A stretch of 64,000 bases of DNA from Campylobacterales bacterium. Lineage in GTDB: Bacteria; Campylobacterota; Campylobacteria; Campylobacterales; JALSKU01. Shown here piece by piece: positions 53,270 to 62,583 of this stretch. Where the stretch lies: the NCBI GenBank assembly GCA_027044945.1, contig JALUBK010000038.1, positions 8,635-72,634 of the forward strand, given 5' to 3'. The position numbers and the translations under genes were made by a program. The notes under the pieces were generated by a model. That model was not told the origin of the DNA. It made no database searches and saw only the letters and a program-made list of their open reading frames with translations. Numbering within the stretch: the first letter of the stretch is position 1; every line of letters begins with the position of its first letter.

Positions 53270-54730
53270 ATGAATACATCATTTTATAACGGAATAAGCG
53301 GAGTTAAAACAAATCAATTTGCCATAGATACTTGGTCTGACAATATAGCAAATCAAAATACCTATGGCTTTAAAGAAAATTTACCAGAATTTGAAACACA
53401 ATTTTCTCAAGCTTTAAGTAGCACAGAAAACAACCCTGTTGCCAGTGATATAGGTCTTGGAAGTGCTATTCAAGGAACTTCGCTAGATCTATCTCAAGGA
53501 GAACTAATAAATACTGACAGAAATTTTGATACTGTTATAAATGGAAATGGATGGTATGCTTTTGAAGGCAAAAACAAAACTTATTACACAAAACTTGGTG
53601 CTTTTTATAAAGACAAAAATGGAGATTTGGTTAATGCAAATGGCGAATATCTTCTCGGAACAAGCAATCCAAGCATAAAACCTGTAATTTTACCCAAAGA
53701 AAAATTACAAAATTTTGGATCAGTTTATACAAAAAACGGTTCAAAAGATCCGACAGTATTTACTGTAAATTTAGACAAAAATACTCCTCTTGGAAATATT
53801 AACAATCAAACTAAATTGCATCTTCCAACTTTTTTATATACTCCTCCAGTCCCAACTAAAAATGTATCTTTCGGAGCAAATTTAAATAATGAAGTAAAAT
53901 CAACAATAGATCCAACAACAGGAAAAGAAATCGCTAAAAGCTCAGATCATTTTATGACAAGCCTTATTAATCAAGACGGCAATAAAAACATACTTGATAT
54001 GACTTTTACAAAGCAATTTCCTACTTCTAGTGAGGGTAGTTTATGGAATGCGGATTTTAAAATATTAAAAAATGATGGCACAAAAACTCCAGGAGTTACT
54101 TATGATCCGACCAAATATTTAACTTATCCAAATGAAAACACTTTATATCAAATTGTTGATAATAAACAAGGAACATTAAAATTTAATGGAACAGGAGCAT
54201 TAATTGAAGCAAATATACCCTCATTAAACAATGAAGGAGTGCCTATAAAATTAAATCTCGGAACACCATTAAATCCTAAAATTCCAAATAGTGGATATGA
54301 CGGAATGACAACTATAAAAGGATTGGGACATGAAAGTAAATTTGCTAAAAATGATGGCACAGAAGAAGGTTTTTTAAAAAATTACCAAATACAATCAAAT
54401 GGCAATATAACAGCTGTTTTTAATAATGGAGAAAGTGCATCTGTCGGAAAAATAGCCATTTATCATTTTCAAAACGAAGGAGGACTTCAAAAAATTGATA
54501 ATGATATGTTTGTAGCAAGCGACAACAGTGGAAAACCATTTTTTTATACAAAAGATGGTCATAATATAGACGGAGACAATATTTTAACAAACAAACTTGA
54601 AGATAGCAATGTTCGTTTAAGTGTAGCTTTGAGCGAACTTATTGTCGTGCAAAAAGCATTTGATGCAAGTGCAAAAAGCATTACAACAAGCAATCAAATG
54701 ATAAAAAAAGCTATCAACATGAAAACATAA
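53270..54730 (+). CDS. FlgE-paralog hook/rod-family protein (HP0908 / Cj0043-like position)
   Basis: 486 aa. N-terminal Flg_bb_rod (FYNGISGVKTNQFAIDTWSDNIAN.NT.GFK) and C-terminal Flg_bbr_C (LE.SNV.L...L.ELIV.QKAF.A.AK.ITTS.QM). Confidence 0.75.
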   Translation: MNTSFYNGISGVKTNQFAIDTWSDNIANQNTYGFKENLPEFETQFSQALSSTENNPVASDIGLGSAIQGTSLDLSQGELINTDRNFDTVINGNGWYAFEGKNKTYYTKLGAFYKDKNGDLVNANGEYLLGTSNPSIKPVILPKEKLQNFGSVYTKNGSKDPTVFTVNLDKNTPLGNINNQTKLHLPTFLYTPPVPTKNVSFGANLNNEVKSTIDPTTGKEIAKSSDHFMTSLINQDGNKNILDMTFTKQFPTSSEGSLWNADFKILKNDGTKTPGVTYDPTKYLTYPNENTLYQIVDNKQGTLKFNGTGALIEANIPSLNNEGVPIKLNLGTPLNPKIPNSGYDGMTTIKGLGHESKFAKNDGTEEGFLKNYQIQSNGNITAVFNNGESASVGKIAIYHFQNEGGLQKIDNDMFVASDNSGKPFFYTKDGHNIDGDNILTNKLEDSNVRLSVALSELIVVQKAFDASAKSITTSNQMIKKAINMKT

Positions 54731-54732
54731 AA

Positions 54733-54749
54733 TGGAATGAAAATTGCTT
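54733..54749 (+). promoter_or_regulatory. Sigma54 (RpoN) promoter upstream of flgE
   Basis: TGGAAT-gaaaa-TTGCTT. GG at 54734-35 and GC at 54746-47, 44 nt before the flgE ATG. Nearly identical to the fliK promoter. Confidence 0.65.
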
Positions 54750-54793
54750 CATTTCATACACAAAAACTAAAAACTTTATAAAAGGATCTAAAA

Positions 54794-56545
54794 ATGATGA
54801 AATCATTATGGGCTGGAGTTTCTGGGCTACAAGCAAATCAAGTAGCAATGAATGTAGAAGGAAACAATATAGCAAATGTAAATACAGCTGGCTTTAAGTA
54901 TAGTAGAGTAAATTTTGCAGATCTTTTAAATCAAACATCAAAAATAGCAACAGCACCTCAAGGAGAACTTGGTGGAAAAAATCCTATGCAAGTAGGTCTT
55001 GGATCTCAGGTTAGCTCTATCACTAAAATTTTTAAACAAGGCTCAATCCAATCAACAGACAAAAACACAGACCTTGCTATATCAGGAGATGGCTTTTTTG
55101 TTGTTAGTCCAGATGGCGGAAAAACATATGATTTTACAAGAAATGGAGATTTTGTATTTGATGCTAATGGTAATTTTGTTGATAGCAATGGATATATTGT
55201 TCAAGGTTGGTCAAGAGATCCCCTAACAGGACAAATAGATACAAGTGCACCAATAAAAAATATAACTATCCCTGCTGGTCTCACAACTCCAGCAAATCCT
55301 ACTTCCAAAGTAACTTTAAAAGCAAATCTTAATTCAGGACCGTCAATAAAAAACAAATCATTAATTTATTCTTTGGATAGCAATGGAAATAATACAAGTG
55401 ATCAAGTTAAAGCTGGAGCGACAGATAAATTGGATTTTGGCTCACTTTTTAACGAAACAGGTAATTCATTAACCATGAAAGATGGGGATAATTTTAAAAT
55501 TAGTTTTGATGGAGGTTCAACCTATCATACTTTAACATACAGCACAGATGGAGATGGCACTTCAGATGATGGCAAATTTCAAACTACAGAAGGGCTTAGA
55601 GAAGAACTACAAAATTTGGCACAACAAGTAAACTCCAATGCTACGGTTATCGTTAATGATCAAGGAAAGTTTGAAGTAAAAAATAGCACATCAGGCAGTG
55701 ATTTAAACATAAAAACAGAAGCAGGTTCGCAAAATAATCAAAATTTGTTGGATATGATGACTCCACTTGATGGAATAATACCAGCAGATGGAAGCTCTAA
55801 AATATCTCAATCTTTTTATAGTGCAACACATGCATCTAGTATTGATATTTTTGACTCATTGGGAACAAAACATACTCTAAGAACTTCTTTTAGAAAATTA
55901 ACTCAAGATTCTAGCGGTTCTACTTGGCAAATGATTTTAAGTGTTCCAGAACCAGGAGAAATAAACACAACTACTCCAAAAAATTATTTGGTAGGAACAA
56001 TAAAATTTAATTCTGATGGCTCTTTGGCAACTTATGCTCCATCAAGTATAAGTTTTACTGGTAACAATGGCTCAAAACCAAAACAAACAGTTCAATTAAA
56101 ACTTGGAACCGCCAATCAATTTAACGGAATGACTAGTTATGATGCAACTTCAAACACTTCAGGAATCAGCCAAGATGGATTTCCTGGTGGAGATTTAGAT
56201 GGTATCAGAGTAGATGAAACGGGAACTTTGATAGGAAGTTTTACAAATGGCAGAAGTTTTGGTTTAGCTCAAGTTTCTATGGCAAGTTTTGCAAATGATG
56301 TAGGTCTTGAAAGCAATGGAGGTGGAACATACATACAAACTTCGAACTCTGGAGATCCAATTATTGGTCAAGCAGGAACTGGAAAAAGAGGCTCTATTCA
56401 AGCCAGTTCTTTAGAAATGAGCAATGTTGATTTAAGTAGAAGCCTGACTCAACTTATAGTTATCCAAAGAGGATACCAAGCAAATGCTAAAACAATAACG
56501 ACTTCAGATCAAATGTTAAATACTCTGCTTCAGTTGAAACAATAA
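54794..56545 (+). CDS. flgE: Flagellar hook protein FlgE
   Basis: 583 aa. MMKSLWAGVSGLQANQVAMNVEGNNIANVNTAGFK N-terminus, and C-terminal LEMSNVDLSRSLTQLIVIQRGYQANAKTITTSDQML. Confidence 0.9.
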   Translation: MMKSLWAGVSGLQANQVAMNVEGNNIANVNTAGFKYSRVNFADLLNQTSKIATAPQGELGGKNPMQVGLGSQVSSITKIFKQGSIQSTDKNTDLAISGDGFFVVSPDGGKTYDFTRNGDFVFDANGNFVDSNGYIVQGWSRDPLTGQIDTSAPIKNITIPAGLTTPANPTSKVTLKANLNSGPSIKNKSLIYSLDSNGNNTSDQVKAGATDKLDFGSLFNETGNSLTMKDGDNFKISFDGGSTYHTLTYSTDGDGTSDDGKFQTTEGLREELQNLAQQVNSNATVIVNDQGKFEVKNSTSGSDLNIKTEAGSQNNQNLLDMMTPLDGIIPADGSSKISQSFYSATHASSIDIFDSLGTKHTLRTSFRKLTQDSSGSTWQMILSVPEPGEINTTTPKNYLVGTIKFNSDGSLATYAPSSISFTGNNGSKPKQTVQLKLGTANQFNGMTSYDATSNTSGISQDGFPGGDLDGIRVDETGTLIGSFTNGRSFGLAQVSMASFANDVGLESNGGGTYIQTSNSGDPIIGQAGTGKRGSIQASSLEMSNVDLSRSLTQLIVIQRGYQANAKTITTSDQMLNTLLQLKQ

Positions 56546-56555
56546 AAAATTTGCT

Positions 56556-56587
56556 ATAATAAGTTCTAAAAATTTAGGACTTATTAT
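56556..56587 (+). terminator. Long A/T hairpin between flgE and thyX (possible flgE terminator, abutting the thyX start)
   Basis: ATAATAAGT...ACTTATTAT is a perfect 9-bp stem, plus an inner CTAAA/TTTAG pairing. It ends 1 nt before the thyX ATG. No U-tract follows. Confidence 0.3.
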
Positions 56588-56588
56588 A

Positions 56589-57209
56589 ATGCAAGTAAAA
56601 CTTTTAAATTCAACTCCTTTAATTATTTGTGCGAATGCCATAAGAACTTGTTGGCAAAGTTTTGATAAAAGCGATAATGGTGGAGAAAAAGACAAAGAAT
56701 TAATAGATCGTGTTGGTAATAAATTTAAACATGCTTCTACATTAGAACATATTAATTATAATTTTTACATAAAAGGCATCAGCAGGGCTTTATTACAAGA
56801 ATTAGCAAGACACAGAATGGCAAGCTTGAGTGTAAAATCAACAAGATACACACTTAAAGAATTAAAAAATGAAGTAAAATTTACTCCTAAAGATATAGAT
56901 AGAGCAAAAAAATATTTAGTTTTTACTGATGTAGCAATAGTAAATGAAATGAGCATAAAAGCTTTGGAAAATCTAAGAATCGTTTTAACTGAAGGCATCA
57001 GTAATGATAAAGCAAAATATTGTTTGCCTGAAAGTTATAAAACAGAATTAACTTGGAGCATAAATGCAAGAAGCTTGCAAAATTTTCTTACTTTAAGGAG
57101 TTCAAAACAAGCATTATGGGAAATACAAAAATTATCAAATAAAATTTATGAAACACTTCCTCAAGACCATAAATATTTATTTGAACATTGTATTCATACA
57201 GCACCTTGA
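56589..57209 (+). CDS. thyX: Flavin-dependent thymidylate synthase ThyX
   Basis: 206 aa with the ThyX motif RHRMASLSVKSTRY (RHRxxSxxxxSxR). Confidence 0.93.
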   Translation: MQVKLLNSTPLIICANAIRTCWQSFDKSDNGGEKDKELIDRVGNKFKHASTLEHINYNFYIKGISRALLQELARHRMASLSVKSTRYTLKELKNEVKFTPKDIDRAKKYLVFTDVAIVNEMSIKALENLRIVLTEGISNDKAKYCLPESYKTELTWSINARSLQNFLTLRSSKQALWEIQKLSNKIYETLPQDHKYLFEHCIHTAP

Positions 57210-58555
57210 TCTATCATAGAATCAGCTACTTTCTTAAATCCTGCTATATTGGCTCCTGTCAATAAATCATCTTTGCAACCGTATTCTTTAGCTGTTTCAT
57301 AAGATATATCAAAAATATTTTTCATAATTTTTTTAAGTTTTGCATCTACTTCATTAAAACTCCAATTTGACATACTCGCATTTTGGCTCATCTCAAGCTG
57401 ACTTGTTGCAACACCTCCAGCATTTGCCGCTTTGGCTGGTCCAAAAAATATTTTATTTTCTTTTAAATATCTAACAGCATCTGGAACTGTTGGCATATTT
57501 GCACCTTCATTAACCAATTTACAACCATTTTTAACTAATGCTTTTGCATCAATAAGGCTTAATTCATTTTGTGTAGCACTAGGAAAAGCACAATCACATT
57601 TAACTTGCCAACAGGCATGTCCGTTTTTAGGATATTTTGAAACAGGAATATATTCTGCATCTGGACAAAGTTTTACATATTCGCTTAATCTTTTTCTTTC
57701 TATCTCTTTTATCGCTTTTAATGTTTCAAGGTCTATCCCTTTTTTATGGTATATAGTTCCTCCACTATCACTACAAGTAACTGGTTTTGCACCCATTGAT
57801 AAAAGTTTTTCTATAGTATAAATAGCAACATTTCCGGCACCCGAAACAGCACAAACTTTTCCTTTTAAAGAATCTTTATATTTATTCAAAATATGTTCTG
57901 CAAAATACACAGACCCATATCCTGTTGCTTCTGTTCTTGCTAAAGAGCCTCCCCAATTTAACCCTTTTCCTGTCAAAACACCTTCAAATCTGCCTGTTAT
58001 TTTTTTATATTGACCAAACAAATATCCAAGCTCTTCTTTTCCAACACCTATATCACCGGCAGGAATATCTCTTCTTTCTCCTATATGACGAGAAAGCTCT
58101 ATCATAAAAGCTTGACAAAATTTCATAATTTCATTTTCACTTTTTCCTTTAGGATTAAAGTTGCTTCCGCCTTTAGCTCCGCCAATATTTAATCCTGTTA
58201 ATGAATTTTTAAAAATTTGTTCAAACCCTAAAAACTTTATAATACCAAGATTGACCGTAGGATGAAATCTAAGACCCCCTTTATATGGGCCTATTGCCGA
58301 ATTAAATTGGACTCTGTATCCTATATTTGTTTGTATGTTTCCATTGTCATCAAGCCAATTTATTCTAAAAATTATCGTTCTTTCAGGGATAACAATCCGT
58401 TCTAAAATATTATATTTATCATATTTATCATATCTCTCAAGAAGAGGCACCAAAGAAGAAAGAACCTCTTCTGTTGCTTGATAAAACTCAACTTGACCCG
58501 GACTGTTTGTTACGATTTGTTTCAATACTTTATCAATATATTTTAGAACAGACAT
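57194..58555 (-). CDS. gdhA: NADP-specific glutamate dehydrogenase
   Basis: 453 aa. GPYKGGLRFHP, catalytic-Lys region GGAKGGS and GAGNVA Rossmann motif. Converges on thyX with a 16-nt overlap. Confidence 0.95.
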   Translation of the reverse strand: MSVLKYIDKVLKQIVTNSPGQVEFYQATEEVLSSLVPLLERYDKYDKYNILERIVIPERTIIFRINWLDDNGNIQTNIGYRVQFNSAIGPYKGGLRFHPTVNLGIIKFLGFEQIFKNSLTGLNIGGAKGGSNFNPKGKSENEIMKFCQAFMIELSRHIGERRDIPAGDIGVGKEELGYLFGQYKKITGRFEGVLTGKGLNWGGSLARTEATGYGSVYFAEHILNKYKDSLKGKVCAVSGAGNVAIYTIEKLLSMGAKPVTCSDSGGTIYHKKGIDLETLKAIKEIERKRLSEYVKLCPDAEYIPVSKYPKNGHACWQVKCDCAFPSATQNELSLIDAKALVKNGCKLVNEGANMPTVPDAVRYLKENKIFFGPAKAANAGGVATSQLEMSQNASMSNWSFNEVDAKLKKIMKNIFDISYETAKEYGCKDDLLTGANIAGFKKVADSMIDQGAV

Positions 58556-58590
58556 GTTATCCCCTTTTGTATTTTTAAAAGATTTTTAAT

Positions 58591-59856
58591 TTATTTTAAA
58601 AATTTATCTTCAAGTTCCTTTTTATAAGCATCAAGATCAAAATCTTTTAACATAGAAACACCATCTTCAATAGCTGCTTTTGCAACCGCATAAGATTCAA
58701 ACACTGCTATTCTTTTATCAAATGGGGATGGTATAATATAATTTTTTCCATATTTTAACTCATTTCCATAAGAATAAGCATTTCTAACATAATCAGGTAT
58801 TTCTTCTTTTGCTAATGCTGCTAATGCTTTTGCAGCCGCTACTTTCATATTTTCAGTTATTTTTGTAGCCCTAACATCTAAGGCACCTCTAAAAATAAAA
58901 GGGAAACCTAATACATTATTTATTTGATTTGGATAATCACTTCTTCCTGTTCCGATATATGCATCATCTCTAACTGCTAAAACTTCTTCAGGAGTTATTT
59001 CAGGTGTTGGATTGGCACAAGCATATATAATAGGACTAGAAGCCATGCTTTTTACCATATCTTTGGTAATAATACCAGGGCCAGAAAGACCAAGAACCAT
59101 ATCGGCCCCTTTCATAGCATCCGCAAGTGTTCTATCATCAGTTTCTATAGCAAATTCTTGTTTATATTTATTTAAGTCATCTCTTTTTGTTTGAATAACA
59201 CCTTTAGAGTCAAGCATCACAATATTTTTAACGCCTAAATTTCTATACATTTTAGCACAAGCTGTTCCAGCAGCTCCAGCTCCTATAACTACAACTTTCA
59301 AATCTTCTACTTTTTTACCGCTAATATCAAGCACATTAATAAGACCTGCGGTTGAAATAATAGCAGTTCCGTGTTGATCGTCATGAAAAACAGGAACATT
59401 ACATATCTCTTTAAGTTTATCTTCTATCTCAAAACATTTAGGTGCTTTTATATCTTCAAGATTAATTCCACCAAAACTATCAGCAATCGCAGCAGTTACT
59501 TCAATGATTTTATCTGCATCTTTTACATTTAACTCAATATCAACCGCATCAACATCGGCAAATTTTTTAAACAAAACTCCTTTGCCTTCCATGACAGGTT
59601 TTCCTGCAAGTGCACCTATATCTCCAAGTCCCAAAACTGCAGTGCTATCTGTAACAACAGCTACTAAATTACCCTTGTTTGTATATTTATATGCCAAAGA
59701 AATATCTTTTTCTATCTCTTTACAAGGAATTGCAACTCCGGGTGTATAAGCCATTGAAAGCTCTTCAGCCGTATTGCAAGGCTTTTTAAGCAAAGTTCCA
59801 GTTTTACCGCCTATATGATAATCCAAACATTTTTGTTCCCATTCAGTTTTGCTCAT
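58591..59856 (-). CDS. NAD(P)-dependent malic enzyme (short MaeB-type, no PTA domain)
   Basis: 421 aa. YTPGVA, VVTDSTAVLGLGDIG, FHDDQHGTAI and GAGAAG motifs. Confidence 0.92.
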   Translation of the reverse strand: MSKTEWEQKCLDYHIGGKTGTLLKKPCNTAEELSMAYTPGVAIPCKEIEKDISLAYKYTNKGNLVAVVTDSTAVLGLGDIGALAGKPVMEGKGVLFKKFADVDAVDIELNVKDADKIIEVTAAIADSFGGINLEDIKAPKCFEIEDKLKEICNVPVFHDDQHGTAIISTAGLINVLDISGKKVEDLKVVVIGAGAAGTACAKMYRNLGVKNIVMLDSKGVIQTKRDDLNKYKQEFAIETDDRTLADAMKGADMVLGLSGPGIITKDMVKSMASSPIIYACANPTPEITPEEVLAVRDDAYIGTGRSDYPNQINNVLGFPFIFRGALDVRATKITENMKVAAAKALAALAKEEIPDYVRNAYSYGNELKYGKNYIIPSPFDKRIAVFESYAVAKAAIEDGVSMLKDFDLDAYKKELEDKFLK

Positions 59857-61252
59857 TGTTATCCTCCATAAATTGTATTAATTTTTTTACTCTCTTTATT
59901 AATTCATCTTTTCCGATGATGCACATTATATCATATATGGATGGGCTTACTGCACTTCCAACGATAGAGATTCTGATAATTTGTGCTATATTTTTAAGTT
60001 TTAAGTCAAATTTGTGTAGAAACTTCCCAATCATTTCATTATAATCAGCTGGGGTCTTTAAAGATTTGTTATAATTTTTTAAAAAATCTAAAAATTTCTC
60101 GGCTATTTTTTTTGAATCAACTTTTAAAAATTTTTTAACCGCTTTTTCATCATACTCGCTAGGTTTTTCAAGAATCAATCTTGCTTTTTCTGCAAACTCT
60201 TTTAAAGTTTTTGCCCTCTCTTTTAATGCATCAATTAAAATCTCTTTTTTTTCAATATTTTCCAAATTTACATCAAAATATTTTAATTCTTTTATAATTC
60301 TTTCATAACTTGATTCTTTTATAAAATGAGAATTTAACCATAAAAGTTTTTCTTTATTATAAGCTGAAGCTGATTTATTTATATTTTTTGGATCAAACAT
60401 TTTAAGCATTTCATCCATACTAAATATCTCTTGATCTCCATGGCTCCAACCAAGTCTAACAAGAAAATTCAGCAATGCTTCTGGCAAATATCCTTCTTTT
60501 TTATATTCCATAACATCCATAGCACCATCTCTTTTGGAAAGTTTTTTCCCTTGAGGATTAAGTATCATAGGAACATGATAAAAATTTGGCAAATCCCAAC
60601 CTAAAGCATTATAAATAATTATCTGTTTTGGAGTATTGCTAAGATGATCATCTCCTCTAATAATATCTGTTACCCCCATTTCATGATCATCAATAGTAAC
60701 AACAAAATTATAAGTAGGAGTCCCATCACTTCTTGCAATAATAAAATCATCCATAACATCATTTGTATTAACAGAAATTGTACCTTTTATTCCATCTTTA
60801 AAAGTAATATTTTTATTTATTGGAGTTTTTATTCGAACGACTGGAGAAATACCTTCTGGGGGAGTTCCTTTAAAATCTCTATACCTTCCGTCATATTTTG
60901 GTCTTTTTTTCAATTTCATTTGAGATTCTCGAAGTTCGTCCAACTCTTCTTTACTCATATAACAATAATAAGCTTTATCCTCGTCAAGGAGTTTTTGTAT
61001 ATATTTTTTATAAATATCAAATCTTGTTGATTGATAAATAATCTTGCCGTCTTGCTTTAAACCAACCCATTTAAAAGCTTCTTCTATCGCTTTAGCAGCC
61101 TCTTTGGAATTTCTTTTTAAATCTGTATCTTCGATACGAAGTAAAAATTTTCCATTATTTTTTTTAGCCCACAAATAACTATATAAAGCCGTCCTAAGCC
61201 CTCCGATATGCAAATATCCTGTAGGACTTGGAGCAAATCTGGTAATAACCAT
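59843..61252 (-). CDS. gltX: Glutamyl-tRNA synthetase
   Basis: The ATG at 61252 gives MVITRFAPSPTGYLHIGG (HIGH motif), with KLSKR later. The track start at 61300 is an upstream TTG extension. Confidence 0.95.
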   Translation of the reverse strand: MVITRFAPSPTGYLHIGGLRTALYSYLWAKKNNGKFLLRIEDTDLKRNSKEAAKAIEEAFKWVGLKQDGKIIYQSTRFDIYKKYIQKLLDEDKAYYCYMSKEELDELRESQMKLKKRPKYDGRYRDFKGTPPEGISPVVRIKTPINKNITFKDGIKGTISVNTNDVMDDFIIARSDGTPTYNFVVTIDDHEMGVTDIIRGDDHLSNTPKQIIIYNALGWDLPNFYHVPMILNPQGKKLSKRDGAMDVMEYKKEGYLPEALLNFLVRLGWSHGDQEIFSMDEMLKMFDPKNINKSASAYNKEKLLWLNSHFIKESSYERIIKELKYFDVNLENIEKKEILIDALKERAKTLKEFAEKARLILEKPSEYDEKAVKKFLKVDSKKIAEKFLDFLKNYNKSLKTPADYNEMIGKFLHKFDLKLKNIAQIIRISIVGSAVSPSIYDIMCIIGKDELIKRVKKLIQFMEDNNEQN

Positions 61253-61344
61253 AATACACCTTTTTAAAATATTAATTATGATTTTAGCAGAGTTTCGCAA
61301 AAATTATGATAAAATTATGATTAATTTTTAAAAAAGGAAAATTT

Positions 61345-62190
61345 GTGATAAAAAAAGTTTTAAAATATTTATTGGCTGTATTTTTTATAAGTGGGTCTTT
61401 ACATGCGGGATTAGTAGATGGTGTTTCAATTTTAGTAAACAATACACCTATAACACTTTATGAAATAAGTGAATATTCACAAAAATTCCATATTTCTACC
61501 CAAGAAGCAGTAAAAATATTAATTCAAAACAAAATTGAACAAAATTTGATAAAAAAATATAATATTGAAGCAACTGATGATGATATAGAAAATGAAATGG
61601 AAAAAATGAGTTCGGCCTCAGGAATGTCTATTATGGATTTTAAAAATTATCTTGAACAAAACGGCATAGATCTTAATGAATACAAAAAAGATTTGGCAAA
61701 AAAAATAAAACAAGAAAAATTATATAAAAAAATAACATCTACTAGAATCACAAAAGCAACAAAAAGCGATATGGAAACATATTATCAAAATCACTTAAAT
61801 TTATATTCAATTCCAAAAATGATTGAAGTCATACAATATACTTCTAAAAGCAAACAAAATTTGGCAAAAATGATAAACAATCCTATGTTAAATATCGCGG
61901 GAATAAAGACAAAAGACGAAATATTGAAATCAAAACAAATAAACCCTAGATTGCTTTTTATCTTGCAACAAACAAAAGAAGGTGATTTTACTCCAATATT
62001 GACTTTCAAAAATAGTTTTGCAAGTTTTTATATAAAAAGAAAGATAGATGTTACTCCAATACCATTTGAAAAAGTAGAGAATAATATTTTTGCTAAAATA
62101 ATGAATCAAAGAGAAAAAGATATAATAAAATCATATTTTGACAAACTTATTTCTGAAGCAAATATTAAAATAATAAGAGCACCGCAATAA
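61345..62190 (+). CDS. Periplasmic SurA-like chaperone (SurA_N domain; Cj1289-like position)
   Basis: 281 aa with a GTG start and signal peptide. DGV.I.VNN.PIT..E pattern. The gltX / surA-like / accC arrangement matches what I recall for C. jejuni Cj1288c-Cj1290c. Confidence 0.55.
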   Translation: MIKKVLKYLLAVFFISGSLHAGLVDGVSILVNNTPITLYEISEYSQKFHISTQEAVKILIQNKIEQNLIKKYNIEATDDDIENEMEKMSSASGMSIMDFKNYLEQNGIDLNEYKKDLAKKIKQEKLYKKITSTRITKATKSDMETYYQNHLNLYSIPKMIEVIQYTSKSKQNLAKMINNPMLNIAGIKTKDEILKSKQINPRLLFILQQTKEGDFTPILTFKNSFASFYIKRKIDVTPIPFEKVENNIFAKIMNQREKDIIKSYFDKLISEANIKIIRAPQ

Positions 62191-62200
62191 TTGATGCTCT

Positions 62201-62557
62201 TTAATCATTGAAAAAATAATCTTCACTTTCGTTTATATCAAAAGTTGTTGATGAAGTTTTATTTGTATCTGTTCTTGTAACAACAACTTTCCATTTACCT
62301 TTAATTCTTCCAGGAATAAATCTGTAGTCATAGGCTGAACCATAATCTTGAGGAATAATAACATATCTAATTCTGTCATCTTTGGGAGTTTGAGGAGAGA
62401 TCCAGTGAAATTTAAGCTTAATGTTATTTGAAGAATCAGATCTATCTAAAAAATAGGTGCATATTATACTATTTTCCTTTTTTTTACATTTTACCGAACT
62501 TGCCTGTAAAATAACAAAAAAAAGAAAAAAAGAAAAAAAGAAAAAAAACTTTTTCAT
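62201..62557 (-). CDS. Small secreted hypothetical protein
   Basis: 118 aa with a Phe-rich signal peptide MKKFFFFFSFFLFFVILQA. AGGAGAGGA Shine-Dalgarno upstream. No recognisable domain. Confidence 0.55.
   Translation of the reverse strand: MKKFFFFFSFFLFFVILQASSVKCKKKENSIICTYFLDRSDSSNNIKLKFHWISPQTPKDDRIRYVIIPQDYGSAYDYRFIPGRIKGKWKVVVTRTDTNKTSSTTFDINESEDYFFND
62516..62548. repeat. A-rich octanucleotide repeat: (AAAAAAAG)x3 followed by A8
   Basis: Read directly as A8-G-A7-G-A7-G-A8. It encodes the FFFFFSFFLFF signal-peptide core of the 118-aa ORF on the minus strand. Confidence 0.95.
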
Positions 62558-62583
62558 TTCCTCTCCTCTTTTTGTTTCAAAAA

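Noticed and set aside
53270-54730. The 486-aa flagellar protein could be FlgF or FlgG (a rod protein).
   Set aside because: - Rod proteins are about 250-270 aa.
- This protein's size, large central domain and position after fliK-flgD fit the FlgE-paralog class better.
- Phylogeny is still needed.
62176-62200. The inverted repeat AGAGCA...TGCTCT between the convergent surA-like and 118-aa genes could be a bidirectional terminator.
   Set aside because: - The stem is only 6 bp with a 13-nt loop.
- One arm lies in surA-like coding sequence.
- It is too weak to call.
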